64,000 nucleotides of DNA, from NCBI GenBank assembly GCA_964016885.1, contig OZ024743.1, positions 208,382,001 through 208,446,000 of the forward strand, written 5' to 3'. The DNA is from Eledone cirrhosa (Eukaryota). The notes under the pieces are model-generated. The model was not told the DNA's origin. It did no database searches and saw only the letters and a program-made list of their open reading frames with translations. This document shows, in pieces, positions 43,780-60,709 of this stretch; the stretch's first letter is position 1, and every line of letters starts with the position of its first letter. The position numbers and the translations under genes were made by a program.

Positions 43780-46700
43780 ATAGCCACACATGAAAGCTCT
43801 TCACTCCATAAGATATACCACAGTTTACCATCCTATAGGAAAACCTGAAAGCTCTTCACTCCATAAGATATACCACAGTTTACCATCCTATGGCCACAGA
43901 TGAAAGCTCTTCACTCCATAAGATATACCAAAGTTTACCACCCTATGGCCACAGATGAAAGCTCTTCACTCCATAAGATATACCAGAGTTTACCATCATA
44001 TAGCCACACATGAAAGCTCTTCACTCCATAAGATATACCACAGTTTACCATCCTATAGCCACAGATGAAAGCTCTTCACTCCATAAGATATACCACAGTT
44101 TACCATCCTATAGGCACACATGAAAGCTCTTCACTCCATAACATATACCACAGTTTACCATCCTATAGCCACACATGAAAGCTCTTCACTCTATAAGATA
44201 TACCACAGTTTACCATCCTATAGCCACACATGAAAGCTCTTCACTCCATAAGATATACCACAGTTTACCATCCTATAGCAAAACATGAAAGCTCTTCACT
44301 CCATAAGATATACCACAGTTTACCATCCTATGGCCACAGATGAAAGCTCTTCACTCCATAAGATATACCACAGTTTACCACCCTATGGCCACAGATGAAA
44401 GCTCTTCACTCCATGAGATATACCACAGTTTACCATCCTATAGCCACGCCACGGATGAAAGCTCTTCACTCCATAAGATATACCACAGTTTACCATCCTA
44501 TAGCCACAGATGAAAGCTCTTCACTCCATAAGATATACCACAGTTTACCATCCTATAGCCACACATGAAAGCTCTTCACTCCATAAGATATACCACAGTT
44601 TACCATCCTATAGCCACAGATGAAAGCTCTTCACTCCATAAGATATACCACAGTTGACCATCCTATAGCTAGATGAAAGCTCTTCACTCCATAAGATATA
44701 CCACAGTTTACCATCCTATAGCCACAGATGAAAGCTCTTCACTCCATAAGATATACCACAGTTTACCATCCTATAGCCACACATGAAAGCTCTTCACTCC
44801 ATAAGATATACCACAGTTTACCATCCTATAGCCACACATGAAAGCTCTTCACTCCATAAGATATAACACAGTTTACCATCTTATAGCCACAGATGAAAGC
44901 TCTTCACTCCATAAGATATACCACAGTTTACCATCCTATAGCCACACATGAAAGCTCTTCACTCCATAAGATATACCACAGTTTACCATCCTATAGCCAC
45001 ACATGAAAGCTCTTCACTCCGTAAGATATACCACAGTTTACCATCCTATAGCCACAGATGAAAGCTCTTCACTCCATAAGATATACCACAGTTTAACATC
45101 CTATAGCTAGATGAAAGCTCTTCACTCCATAAGATATACCACAGTTTACCATCCTATAGCCACAGATGAAAGCTCTTCACTCCATAAGATATACCACAGT
45201 TTACCATCCTATAGCCACACACGAAAGCTCTTCACTCCATAAGATATACCACAGTTTACCATCCTATAGCCACACATGAAAGCTCTTCACTCCATAAGAT
45301 ATACCACAGTTTACCATCCTATAGCCACACATGAAAGCTCTTCACTCCATAAGATATACCACAGTTTACCATCCTATAGCCACAGATGAAAGCTCGTCAC
45401 TCCATAAGATATACCACAATTTACCATCCTATAGCCACACATGAAAGCTCTTCACTCCATAAGATATACCACAGTTTACCATCCTATAGCCACAGATGAA
45501 AGCTCTTCATTCCATAAGATATACCACAGTTTACCATCCTATAGGCACACATGAAAGCTCTTCACTCCATAACATATACCACAGTTTACCATCCTATAGC
45601 CACACATGAAAGCTCTTCACTCTATAAGATATACCACAGTTTACCATCCTATAGCCACACATGAAAGCTCTTCACTCCATAAGATATACCACAGTTTACC
45701 ATCCTATAGCAAAACATGAAAGCTCTTCACTCCATAAGATATACCACAGTTTACCATCCTATGGCCACAGATGAAAGCTCTTCACTCCATAAGATATACC
45801 ACAGTTTACCACCCTATGGCCACAGATGAAAGCTCTTCACTCCATAAGATATACCACAGTTTACCATCCTATAGCCACGCCACGGATGAAAGCTCTTCAC
45901 TCCATAAGATATACCACAGTTTACCATCCTATAGCCACACATGAAAGCTCTTTACTGCATAAGATATACCACAGTTTACCATCCTATAGCCACACATGAA
46001 AGCTCTTCACTCCATGAGATATACCACAGTTTACCATCCTATAGCCACACATGAAAGCTCTTCACTCCATAACATATACCACAGTTTACCATCCTATAGC
46101 CACACATGAAAGCTCTTCACTCCATAAGATATACCACAGTTTACCATCCTATAGCCACACATGAAAGCTCTTCACTCCATAAGATATACCACAGTTTACC
46201 ATCCTATAGGAAAACCTGAAAGCTCTTCACTCCATAAGATATACCACAGTTTACCATCCTATGGCCACAGATGAAAGCTCTTCACTCCATAAGATATACC
46301 AAAGTTTACCACCCTATGGCCACAGATGAAAGCTCTTCACTCCATAAGATATACCAGAGTTTACCATCATATAGCCACACATGAAAGCTCTTCACTCCAT
46401 AAGATATACCACAGTTTACCATCCTATAGCCACAGATGAAAGCTCTTCACTCCATAAGATATACCACAGTTTACCATCCTATAGGCACACATGAAAGCTC
46501 TTCACTCCATAACATATACCACAGTTTACCATCCTATAGCCACACATGAAAGCTCTTCACTCTATAAGATATACCACAGTTTACCATCCTATAGCCACAC
46601 ATGAAAGCTCTTCACTCCATAAGATATACCACAGTTTACCATCCTATAGCAAAACATGAAAGCTCTTCACTCCATAAGATATACCACAGTTTACCATCCT

Positions 46701-48540
46701 ATGGCCACAGATGAAAGCTCTTCACTCCATAAGATATACCACAGTTTACCACCCTATGGCCACAGATGAAAGCTCTTCACTCCATGAGATATACCACAGT
46801 TTACCATCCTATAGCCACGCCACGGATGAAAGCTCTTCACTCCATAAGATATACCACAGTTTACCATCCTATAGCCACAGATGAAAGCTCTTCACTCCAT
46901 AAGATATACCACAGTTTACCATCCTATAGCCACACATGAAAGCTCTTCACTCCATAAGATATACCACAGTTTACCATCCTATAGCCACAGATGAAAGCTC
47001 TTCACTCCATAAGATATACCACAGTTGACCATCCTATAGCTAGATGAAAGCTCTTCACTCCATAAGATATACCACAGTTTACCATCCTATAGCCACAGAT
47101 GAAAGCTCTTCACTCCATAAGATATACTACAGTTTACCATCCTATAGCCACACATGAAAGCTCTTCACTCCATAAGATATACCACAGTTTACCATCCTAT
47201 AGCCACACATGAAAGCTCTTCACTTGATAAGATATAACACAGTTTACCATCTTATAGCCACAGATGAAAGCTCTTCACTCCATAAGATATACCACAGTTT
47301 ACCATCCTATAGCCACACATGAAAGCTCTTCACTCCATAAGATATACCACAGTTTACCATCCTATAGCCACACATGAAAGCTCTTCACTCCGTAAGATAT
47401 ACCACAGTTTACCATCCTATAGCCACAGATGAAAGCTCTTCACTCCATAAGATATACCACAGTTTAACATCCTATAGCTAGATGAAAGCTCTTCACTCCA
47501 TAAGATATACCACAGTTTACCATCCTATAGCCACAGATGAAAGCTCTTCACTCCATAAGATATACCACAGTTTACCATCCTATAGCCACACACGAAAGCT
47601 CTTCACTCCATAAGATATACCACAGTTTATCATCCTATAGCCACACATGAAAGCTCTTCACTCCATAAGATATACCACAGTTTACCATCCTATAGCCACA
47701 CATGAAAGCTCTTCACTCCATAAGATATACCACAGTTTACCATCCTATAGCCACAGATGAAAGCTCGTCACTCCATAAGATATACCACAATTTACCATCC
47801 TATAGCCACACATGAAAGCTCTTCACTCCATAAGATATACCACAGTTTACCATCCTATAGCCACAGATGAAAGCTCTTCACTCCATAAGATATACCACAG
47901 TTTACCATCCTATAGGCACACATGAAAGCTCTTCACTCCATAACATATACCACAGTTTACCATCCTATAGCCACACATGAAAGCTCTTCACTCTATAAGA
48001 TATACCACAGTTTACCATCCTATAGCCACACATGAAAGCTCTTCACTCCATAAGATATACCACAGTTTACCATCCTATAGCAAAACATGAAAGCTCTTCA
48101 CTCCATAAGATATACCACAGTTTACCATCCTATGGCCACAGATGAAAGCTCTTCACTCCATAAGATATACCACAGTTTACCACCCTATGGCCACAGATGA
48201 AAGCTCTTCACTCCATAAGATATACCACAGTTTACCATCCTATAGCCACGCCACGGATGAAAGCTCTTCACTCCATAAGATATACCACAGTTTACCATCC
48301 TATAGCCACACATGAAAGCTCTTTACTGCATAAGATATACCACAGTTTACCATCCTATAGCCACACATGAAAGCTCTTCACTCCATGAGATATACCACAG
48401 TTTACCATCCTATAGCCACACATGAAAGCTCTTCACTCCATAACATATACCACAGTTTACCATCCTATAGCCACACATGAAAGCTCTTCACTCCATAAGA
48501 TATACCACAGTTTACCATCCTATAGCCACACATGAAAGCT
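43780..48540. repeat. Tandem duplication of a 43-monomer block (2371 bp = 43x55+10-4)
   Basis: taccagag 43981/46352 and acgaaagc 45221/47592 are offset by 2371; ccatgag and cacaatt variants are also shared. Confidence 0.9.
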
Positions 48541-51500
48541 CTTCACTCCATAAGATATACCACAGTTTACCATCCTATAGCCACACATGAAAGCTCTTCA
48601 CTCCATAAGATATACCACAGTTTACCATCCTATAGCCACGCCACGGATGAAAGCTCTTCACTCCATAAGATATACCACAGTTTACCATCCTATAGCCACA
48701 CATGAAAGCTCTTCACTCCATAAAATATACCACAGTTTACCATCCTATTGCCACAGATGAAAGCTCTTCACTCCATAAGATATACCACAGTTTACAATCC
48801 TATAGCCACACATGAAAGCTCTTCACTCCATAACACATACCACAGTTTACCATCCTATAGCCACACATGAAAGCTCTTCGCTCCATAAGATATACCACAG
48901 TTTACCATCCTATAGCCACACATGAAAGCTCTTCACTCCATAAGATATACCACAGTTTACCATCCTATAGCCACACATGAAAGCTCTTCACTCCATAAGA
49001 TATACCACAGTTTACCATCCTATAGCCACAGATGAAAGCTCTTCACTCCATAAGATATACCACAGTTGAACATCCTATAGCCACACATGAAAGCTCTTCA
49101 CTCCATAAGATATACCACAGTTTACCATCCTATAGCCACACATGAAAGCTCTTCGCTCCATAAGATATACCACAGTTTACCATCCTATAGCCACACATGA
49201 AAGCTCTTCACTCCATAAGATATACCACAGTTTACCATCCTATAGCCACACATGAAAGCTCTTCACTCCATAAGATATAACACAGTTTACCATCTTATAG
49301 CCACAGATGAAAGCTCTTCACTCCATAAGATATACCACAGTTTACCATCCTATAGCCACACATGAAAGCACTTCACTCCATAAGATATACCACAGTTTAC
49401 CATCCTATAGCCACACATGAAAGCTCTTCACTCCGTAAGATATACCACAGTTTAACATCCTATAGCCACAGATGAAAGCTCTTCACTCCATAAGATATAC
49501 CACAGTTTAACATCCTATAGCTAGATGAAAGCTCTTCACTCCATAAGATATACCACAGTTTACCATCCTATAGCCACAGATGAAAGCTCTTCACTCCATA
49601 AGATATACCACAGTTTACCATCCTATAGCCACACATGAAAGCTCTTCACTCCATAAGATATACCACAGTTTACCATCCTATAGCCACACATGAAAGCTCT
49701 TCACTCCATAAGATATACCACAGTTTACCATCCTATAGCCACACATGAAAGCTCTTCACTCCATAAGATATACCACAGTTTACCATCCTATAGCCACAGA
49801 TGAAAGCTCGTCACTCCATAAGATATACCACAGTTTACCATCCTATAGCCACACATGAAAGCTCTTCACTCCATAAGATATACCACAGTTTACCATCCTA
49901 TAGGAAAACCTGAAAGCTCTTCACTCCATAAGATATACCACAGTTTACCATCCTATGGCCACAGATGAAAGCTCTTCACTCCATAAGATATACCAAAGTT
50001 TACCACCCTATGGCCACAGATGAAAGCTCTTCACTCCATAAGATATACCACAGTTTACCATCATATAGCCACACATGAAAGCTCTTCACTCCATAAGATA
50101 TACCACAGTTTACCATCCTATAGCCACAGATGAAAGCTCTTCACTCCATAAGATATACCACAGTTTACCATCCTATAGGCACACATGAAAGCTCTTCACT
50201 CCATAACATATACCACAGTTTACCATCCTATAGCCAGACATGAAAGCTCTTCACTCTATAAGATATACCACAGTTTACCATCCTATAGCCACACATGAAA
50301 GCTCTTCACTCCATAAGATATACCACAGTTTACCATCCTATAGCAAAACATGAAAGCTCTTCACTCCATAAGATATACCACAGTTTACCACCCTATGGCC
50401 ACAGATGAAAGCTCTTCACTCCATGAGATATACCACAGTTTATCATCCTATAGCCACGCCACGGATGAAAGGTCTTCACTCCATAAGATATACCACAGTT
50501 TACCATCCTATAGCCACACATGAAAGCTCTTTACTGCATAAGATATACCACAGTTTACCATCCTATAGCCACACATGAAAGCTCTTCACTCCATAAGATA
50601 TACCACAGTTTACCATCCTATAGCCACACATGAAAGCTCTTCACTCCATAACATATACCACAGTTTACCATCCTATAGCCACACATGAAAGCTCTTCACT
50701 CCATAAGATATACCACAGTTTACCATCCTATAGCCACACATGAAAGCTCTTCACTCCATAAGATATACCACAGTTTACCATCCTATAGCCACACATGAAA
50801 GCTCTTCACTCCATAAGATATACCACAGTTTACCATCCTATAGCCACGCCACGGATGAAAGCTCTTCACTCCATAAGATATACCACAGTTTACCATCCTA
50901 TAGCCACACATGAAAGCTCTTCACTCCATAAGATATACCACAGTTTACCATCCTATTGCCACAGATGAAAGCTCTTCACTCCATAAGATATACCACAGTT
51001 TACCATCCTATAGCCACACATGAAAGCTCTTCACTCCATAAGATATACCACAGTTTACCATCCTATAGCCACACATGAAAGCTCTTCACTCCATAAGATA
51101 TACCACAGTTTACCATCCTATAGCCACAGATGAAAGCTCTTCACTCCATAAGATATACCACAGTTTACCATCCTATAGCCACACATGAAAGCTCTTCACT
51201 CCATAAGATATACCACAGTTTACCATCCTATAGCCACAGATGAAAGCTCTTCACTCCATAAGATATACCACAGTTGACCATCCTATAGCTAGATGAAAGC
51301 TCTTCACTCCATAAGATATACCACAGTTTACCATCCTATAGCCACAGATGAAAGCTCTTCACTCCATAAGATATACCACAGTTTACCATCCTATAGCCAC
51401 ACATGAAAGCTCTTCACTCCATAAGATATACCACAGTTTACCATCCTATAGCCACACATGAAAGCTCTTCACTCCATAAGATATAACACAGTTTACCATC

Positions 51501-53379
51501 TTATAGCCACAGATGAAAGCTCTTCACTCCATAAGATATACCACAGTTTACCATCCTATAGCCACACATGAAAGCTCTTCACTCCATAAGATATACCACA
51601 GTTTACCATCCTATAGCCACACATGAAAGCTCTTCACTCCGTAAGATATACCACAGTTTACCATCCTATAGCCACAGATGAAAGCTCTTCACTCCATAAG
51701 ATATACCACAGTTTAACATCCTATAGCTAGATGAAAGCTCTTCACTCCATAAGATATACCACAGTTTACCATCCTATAGCCACAGATGAAAGCTCTTCAC
51801 TCCATAAGATAGACCACAGTTTACCATCCTATAGCCACACATGAAAGCTCTTCACTCCATAAGATATACCACAGTTTACCATCCTATAGCCACACATGAA
51901 AGCTCTTCACTCCATAAGATATACCACAGTTTACCATCCTATAGCCACACATGAAAGCTCTTCACTCCATAAGATATACCACAGTTTACCATCCTATAGC
52001 CACAGATGAAAGCTCGTCACTCCATAAGATATACCACAGTTTACCATCCTATAGCCACACATGAAAGCTCTTCACTCCATAAGATATACCACAGTTTACC
52101 ATCCTATAGCCACAGATGAAAGCTCTTCACTCCATAAGATATACCACAGTTTACCATCCTATAGGCACACATGAAAGCTCTTCACTCCATAACATATACC
52201 ACAGTTTACCATCCTATAGCCACACATGAAGGCTCTTCACTCTATAAGATATACCACAGTTTACCATCCTATAGCCACACATGAAAGCTCTTCACTCCAT
52301 AAGATATACCACAGTTTACCATCCTATAGCAAAACATGAAAGCTCTTCACTCCATTAGATATACCACAGTTTACCATCCTATGGCCACAGATGAAAGCTC
52401 TTCACTCCATAAGATATACCACAGTTTACCATCATATAGCCACACATGAAAGCTCTTCACTCCATAAGATATACCACAGTTTACCATTCTATAGCCACAC
52501 ATGAAAGCTATTCACTCCATAAGATATACCACAGTTTACCATCCTATAGCCACACATGAAAGCTCTTCACTCCATAAGATATACCACAGTTTACCATCCT
52601 ATAGGAAAACCTGAAAGCTCTTCACTCCATAAGATATACCACAGTTTACCATCCTATGGCCACAGATGAAAGCTCTTCACTCCATAAGATATACCAAAGT
52701 TTACCACCCTATGGCCACAGATGAAAGCTCTTCACTCCATAACATATACCACAGTTTACCATCATATAGCCACACATGAAAGCTCTTCACTCCATAAGAT
52801 ATACCACAGTTTACCATCCTATAGCCACAGATGAAAGCTCTTCACTCCATAAGATATACCACAGTTTACCATCCTATAGGCACACATGAAAGCTCTTCAC
52901 TCCATAACATATACCACAGTTTACCATCCTATAGCCACACATGAAAGCTCTTCACTCCATAAGATATACCACAGTTTACCATCCTATAGCCACAGATGAA
53001 AGCTCTTCACTCCATAAGATATACCACAGTTTAACATCCTATAGCCACACATGAAAGCTCTTCACTCCATAAGATATACCACAGTTTACCATCCTATAGC
53101 CACACATGAAAGCTCTTCACTCCATAAGATATACCACAGTTTAACATCCTATAGCCACAGATGAAAGCTCTTCACTCCATAAGATATACCACAGTTGATC
53201 ATCCTATAGCTAGATGAAAGCTCTTCACTCCATAAGATATACCACAGTTTACCATCCTATAGCCACACATGAAAGCTCTTCACTCCATAAGATATACCAC
53301 AGTTTACCATCCTATAGCCACACATGAAAGCTCTTCACTCCATAAGATATACCACAGTTTACCATCCTATAGCCACACA

Positions 53380-55550
53380 TGAAAGCTCTTCACTCCATAA
53401 GATATAACACAGTTTACCATCTTATAGCCACAGATGAAAGCTCTTCACTCCATAAGATATACCACAGTTTACCCTCCTATAGCCACACATGAAAGCTCTT
53501 CACTCCATAAGATATACCACAGTTTACCATCCTATAGCCACACATGAAAGCTCTTCACTCCATAAGATATACCACAGTTTACCATCCTATAGCCACAGAT
53601 GAAAGCTCTTCACTCCATAAGATATACCACAGTTTAACATCCTATAGCTAGATGAAAGCTCTTCACTCCATAAGATATACCACAGTTTACCATCCTATAG
53701 CCACAGATGAAAGCTCTTCACTCCATAAGATATACCACAGTTTACCATCCTATAGCCACACATGAAAGCTCTTCACTCCATAAGATATACCACAGTTTAC
53801 CATCCTATAGCCACACATGAAAGCTCTTCACTCCATAAGATATACCACAGTTTACAATCCTATAGCCACACATGAAAGCTCTTCACTCCATAAGATATAC
53901 CACAGTTTACCATCCTATAGCCACAGATGAAAGCTCGTCACTCCATAAGATATACCACAGTTTACCATCCTATAGCCACACATGAAAGCTCTTCACTCCA
54001 TAAGATATACCACAGTTTACCATCATATAGCCACACATGAAAGCTCTTCACTCCATAAGATATACCACAGTTTACCATCCTATAGCCACACATGAAAGCT
54101 ATTCACTCCATAAGATATACCACAGTTTACCATCCTATAGCCACACATGAAAGCTCTTCACTCCATAAGATATACCACAGTTTACCATCCTATAGGAAAA
54201 CCTGAAAGCTCTTCACTCCATAAGATATACCACAGTTTACCATCCTATGGCCACAGATGAAAGCTCTTCACTCCATAAGATATACCAAAGTTTACCACCC
54301 TATGGCCACAGATGAAAGCTCTTCACTCCATAAGATATACCACAGTTTACCATCATATAGCCACACATGAAAGCTCTTCACTCCATAAGATATACCACAG
54401 TTTACCATCCTATAGCCACAGATGAAAGCTCTTCACTCCATAAGATATACCACAGTTTACCATCCTATAGCCACACATGAAAGCTCTTCACTCCATAAGA
54501 TATAACACAGTTTACCATCTTATAGCCACAGATGAAAGCTCTTCACTCCATAAGATATACCACAGTTTACCCTCCTATAGCCACACATGAAAGCTCTTCA
54601 CTCCATAAGATATACCACAGTTTACCATCCTATAGCCACACATGAAAGCTCTTCACTCCGTAAGATATACCACAGTTTACCATCCTATAGCCACAGATGA
54701 AAGCTCTTCACTCCATAAGATATACCACAGTTTAACATCCTATAGCTAGATGAAAGCTCTTCACTCCATAAGATATACCACAGTTTACCATCCTATAGCC
54801 ACAGATGAAAGCTCTTCACTCCATAAGATATACCACAGTTTACCATCCTATAGCCACACATGAAAGCTCTTCACTCCATAAGATATACCACAGTTTACCA
54901 TCCTATAGCCACACATGAAAGCTCTTCACTCCATAAGATATACCACAGTTTACCATCCTATAGCCACACATGAAAGCTCTTCACTCCATAAGATATACCA
55001 CAGTTTACCATCCTATAGCCACAGATGAAAGCTCGTCACTCCATAAGATATACCACAGTTTACCATCCTATAGCCACACATGAAAGCTCTTCACTCCATA
55101 AGATATACCACAGTTTACCATCATATAGCCACACATGAAAGCTCTTCACTCCATAAGATATACCACAGTTTACCATCCTATAGCCACACATGAAAGCTAT
55201 TCACTCCATAAGATATACCACAGTTTACCATCCTATAGCCACACATGAAAGCTCTTCACTCCATAAGATATACCACAGTTTACCATCCTATAGGAAAACC
55301 TGAAAGCTCTTCACTCCATAAGATATACCACAGTTTACCATCCTATGGCCACAGATGAAAGCTCTTCACTCCATAAGATATACCAAAGTTTACCACCCTA
55401 TGGCCACAGATGAAAGCTCTTCACTCCATAAGATATACCACAGTTTACCATCATATAGCCACACATGAAAGCTCTTCACTCCATAAGATATACCACAGTT
55501 TACCATCCTATAGCCACAGATGAAAGCTCTTCACTCCATAAGATATACCA
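53380..55550. repeat. Tandem duplication of a 20-monomer block (1098 bp = 20x55-2)
   Basis: Private accctcctat at 53471 and 54569, followed by nearly the same series of variants in both copies. Confidence 0.85.
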
Positions 55551-58500
55551 CAGTTTACCATCCTATAGGCACACATGAAAGCTCTTCACTCCATAACATA
55601 TACCACAGTTTACCATCCTATAGCCACACATGAAAGCTCTTCACTCTATAAGATATACCACAGTTTACCATCCTATAGCCACACATGAAAGCTCTTCACT
55701 CCATAAGATATACCACAGTTTACCATCCTATAGCAAAACATGAAAGCTCTTCACTCCATAAGATATACCACAGTTTACCATCCTATGGCCACAGATGAAA
55801 GCTCTTCACTCCATAAGATATACCACAGTTTACCACCCTATGGCCACAGATGAAAGCTCTTCACTCCATGAGATATACCACAGTTTACCATCCTATAGCC
55901 ACGCCACGGATGAAAGCTCTTCACTCCATAAGATATACCACAGTTTACCATCCTATAGCCACACATGAAAGCTCTTTACTGCATAAGATATACCACAGTT
56001 TACCATCCTATAGCCACACATGAAAGCTCTTCACTCCATAAGATATACCACAGTTTACCATCCTATAGCCACACATGAAAGCTCTTCACTCCATAACATA
56101 TACCACAGTTTACCATCCTATAGCCACACATGAAAGCTCTTCACTCCATAAGATATACCACAGTTTACCATCCTATAGCCACACATGAAAGCTCTTCACT
56201 CCATAAGATATACCACAGTTTACCATCCTATAGCCACACATGAAAGCTCTTCACTCCATAAGATATACCACAGTTTACCATCCTATAGCCACACATGAAA
56301 GCTCTTCACTCCATAACATATACCACAGTTTACCATCCTATAGCCACACATGAAAACTCTTCACTCCATAAGATATACCACAGTTTACCATCCTATAGCC
56401 ACACATGAAAGCTCTTCACTCCATAAGATATACCACAGTTTACCATCCTATAGCCACACATGAAAGCTCTTCACTCCATAAGATATACCACAGTTTACCA
56501 TCCTATAGCCACGCCACGGATGAAAGCTCTTCACTCCATAAGATATACCACAGTTTACCATCCTATAGCCACACATGAAAGCTCTTCACTCCATAAGATA
56601 TACCACAGTTTACCATCCTATTGCCACAGATGAAAGCTCTTCACTCCATAAGATATACCACATTTTACCATCCTATAGCCACACATGAAAGCTCTTCACT
56701 CCATAAGATATACCACAGTTTACCATCCTATAGCCACACATGAAAGCTCTTCACTCCATAAGATATACCACAGTTTACCATCCTATAGCCACAGATGAAA
56801 GCTCTTAACTCCATAAGATATACCACAGTTTACCATCCTATAGCCACACATGAAAGCTCTTCACTCCATAAGATATACCACAGTTTACCATCCTATAGCC
56901 ACAGATGAAAGCTCTTCACTCCATAAGATATACCACAGTTGACCATCCTATAGCTAGATGAAAGCTCTTCACTCCATAAGATATACCACAGTTTACCATC
57001 CTATAGCCACAGATGAAAGCTCTTCACTCCATAAGATATACCACAGTTTACCATCCTATAGCCACACATGAAAGCTCTTCACTCCATAAGATATAACACA
57101 GTTTACCATCTTATAGCCACAGATGAAAGCTCTTCACTCCATAAGATATACCACAGTTTACCATCCTATAGCCACACATGAAAGCTCTTTACTCCATAAG
57201 ATATACCACAGTTTACCATCCTATAGCCACACATGAAAGCTCTTCACTCCGTAAGATATACCACAGTTTACCATCCTATAGCCACAGATGAAAGCTCTTC
57301 ACTCCATAAGATATACCACAGTTTAACATCCTATAGCTAGATGAAAGCTCTTCACTCCATAAGATATACCACAATTTACCATCCTATAGCCACAGATGAA
57401 AGCTCTTCACTCCATAAGATATACCACAGTTTACCATCCTATAGCCACACATGAAAGCTCTTCACTCCATAAGATATACCACAGTTTACCATCCTTTAGC
57501 CACACATGAAAGCTCTTCACTCCATAAGATATACCACAGTTTACCATCCTATAGCCACACATGAAAGCTCTTCACTCCATAAGATATACCACAGTTTACC
57601 ATCCTATAGCAACAGATGAAAGCTCGTCACTCCATAAGATATACCACAGTTTACCATCCTATAGCCACACATGAAAGCTCTTCACTCCATAAGATATACC
57701 ACAGTTTACCATCCTATAGCCACAGATGAAAGCTCTTCACTCCATAAGATATACCACAGTTTACCATCCTATAGGCACACATGAAAGCTCTTCACTCCAT
57801 AACATATACCACAGTTTACCATCCTATAGCCACACATGAAAGCTCTTCACTCTATAAGATATACCACAGTTTACCATCCTATAGCCACACATGAAAGCTC
57901 TTCACTCCATAAGATATACCACAGTTTACCATCCTATAGCAAAACATGAAAGCTCTTCACTCCATAAGATATACCACAGTTTACCATCCTATGGCCACAG
58001 ATGAAAGCTCTTCACTCCATAAGATATACCACAGTTTACCACCCTATGGCCACAGATGAAAGCTCTTCACTCCATAAGATATACCACAGTTTACCATCCT
58101 ATAGCCACGCCACGGATGAAAGCTCTTCACTCCATAAGATATACCACAGTTTACCATCCTATAGCCACACATGAAAGCTCTTTACTGCATAAGATATACC
58201 ACAGTTTACCATCCTATAGCCACACATGAAAGCTCTTCACTCCATAAGATATACCACAGTTTACCATCCTATAGCCACACATGAAAGCTCTTCACTCCAT
58301 AACATATACCACAGTTTACCATCCTATAGCCACACATGAAAGCTCTTCACTCCATAAGATATACCACAGTTTACCATCCTATAGCCACGCATGAAAGCTC
58401 TTCACTCCATAAGATATACCACAGTTTACCATCCTATAGCCACACATGAAAGCTCTTCACTCCATAAGATATACCGCAGTTTACCATCCTATAGCCACGC

Positions 58501-60709
58501 CACGGATGAAAGCTCTTCACTCCATAAGATATACCACAGTTTACCATCCTATAGCCACACATGAAAGCTCTTCACTCCATAAAATATACCACAGTTTACC
58601 ATCCTATTGCCACAGATGAAAGCTCTTCACTCCATAAGATATACCACAGTTTACAATCCTATAGCCACACATGAAAGCTCTTCACTCCATAACATATACC
58701 ACAGTTTACCATCCTATAGCCACACATGAAAGCTCTTCGCTCCATAAGATATACCACAGTTTACCATCCTATAGCCACACATGAAAGCTCTTCACTCCAT
58801 AAGATATACCACAGTTTACCATCCTATAGCCACACATGAAAGCTCTTCACTCCATAAGATATACCACAGTTTACCATCCTATAGCCACACATGAAAGCTC
58901 TTCACTCCGTAAGATATACCACAGTTTACCATCCTATAGCCACAGATGAAAGCTCTTCACTCCATTAGATATACCACAGTTTAACATCCTATAGCTAGAT
59001 GAAAGCTCTTCACTCCATAAGATATACCACAGTTTACCATCCTATAGCCACAGATGAAAGCTCTTCACTCCATAAGATATACCACAGTTTACCATCCTAT
59101 AGCCACACATGAAAGCTCTTCACTCCATAAGATATACCACAGTTTACCATCCTATAGCCACACATGAAAGCTCTTCACTCCATAAGATATACCACAGTTT
59201 ACCATCCTATAGCCACACATGAAAGCTCTTCACTCCATAAGATATACCACAGTTTACCATCCTATAGCCACAGATGAAAGCTCGTCACTCCATAAGATAT
59301 ACCACAGTTTACCATCCTATAGCCACACATGAAAGCTCTTCACTCCATAAGATATACCACAGTTTACCATCATATAGCCACACATGAAAGCTCTTCACTC
59401 CATAAGATATACCACAGTTTACCATCCTATAGGAAAACCTGAAAGCTCTTCACTCCATAAGATATACCACAGTTTACCATCATATAGCCACACATGAAAG
59501 CTCTTCACTCCATAAGATATACCACAGTTTACCATCCTATAGCCACAGATGAAAGCTCTTCACTCCATAAGATATACCACAGTTTACCATCCTATAGCCA
59601 CAGATGAAAGCTCTTCACTCCATAAGATATACCACAGTTTACCATCCTATAGGCACACATGAAAGCTCTTCACTCCATAACATATACCACAGTTTACCAT
59701 CCTATAGCCACACATGAAAGCTCTTCACTCTATAAGATATACCACAGTTTACCATCCTATAGCCACACATGAAAGCTCTTCACTCCATAAGATATACCAC
59801 AGTTTACCATCCTATAGCAAAACATGAAACCTCTTCACTCCATTAGATATACCACAGTTTACCATCCTATGGCCACAGATGAAAGCTCTTCACTCCATAA
59901 GATATACCACAGTTTACCACCCTATGGCCACAGATGAAAGCTCTTCACTCCATAAGATATACCACAGTTTACCATCCTATAGCCACGCCACGGATGAAAG
60001 CTCTTCACTCCATAAGATATACCACAGTTTACCATCCTATAGCCACACATTAAAGCTCTTCACTCCATAAGATATACCACAGTTTACCATCCTATAGCCA
60101 CACATGAAAGCTCTTCACTCCATAAGATATACCACAGTTTACCATCCTATAGCCACACATGAAAGCTCTTCACTCCATAAGATATACCACAGTTTACCAT
60201 CCTATAGCCACACATGAAAGCTCTTCACTCCATAAGATATACCACAGTTTACCATCCTATAGCCACACATGAAAGCTCATCACTCCATAAGATATACCAC
60301 AGTTTACCATCCTATAGCCACACATGAAAGCTCTTCACTGCATAAGATATACCACAGTTTACCATCCTATAGCCACACATGAAAGCTCTTCACTCCATAA
60401 GATATACCACAGTTTACCATCCTATAGCCACGCCACGGATGAAAGCTCTTCACTCCATAAGATATACCACAGTTTACCATCCTATAGCCACACATGAAAG
60501 CTCTTCACTCCATAAGATATACCACAGTTTACCATCCTATTGCCACAGATGAAAGCTCCTCACTCCATAAGATATACCACAGTTTACAATCCTATAGCCA
60601 CACATGAAAGCTCTTCACTCCATAACATATACCACAGTTTACAATCCTATAGCCACACATGAAAGCTCTTTGCTCCATAAGATATACCACAGTTTACCAT
60701 CCTATAGCC

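Noticed and set aside
14019-60070. Ten near-identical 63-aa ORFs (MKALHSIRY...)
   Set aside because: They are translations of the satellite. A 55-bp unit shifts frame each copy; an in-frame 60-mer plus loss of the TGA in acatga (to acacga or acatta) delays the stop to ccaTAA. There is no recognisable domain or gene context, so they serve only as duplication markers.
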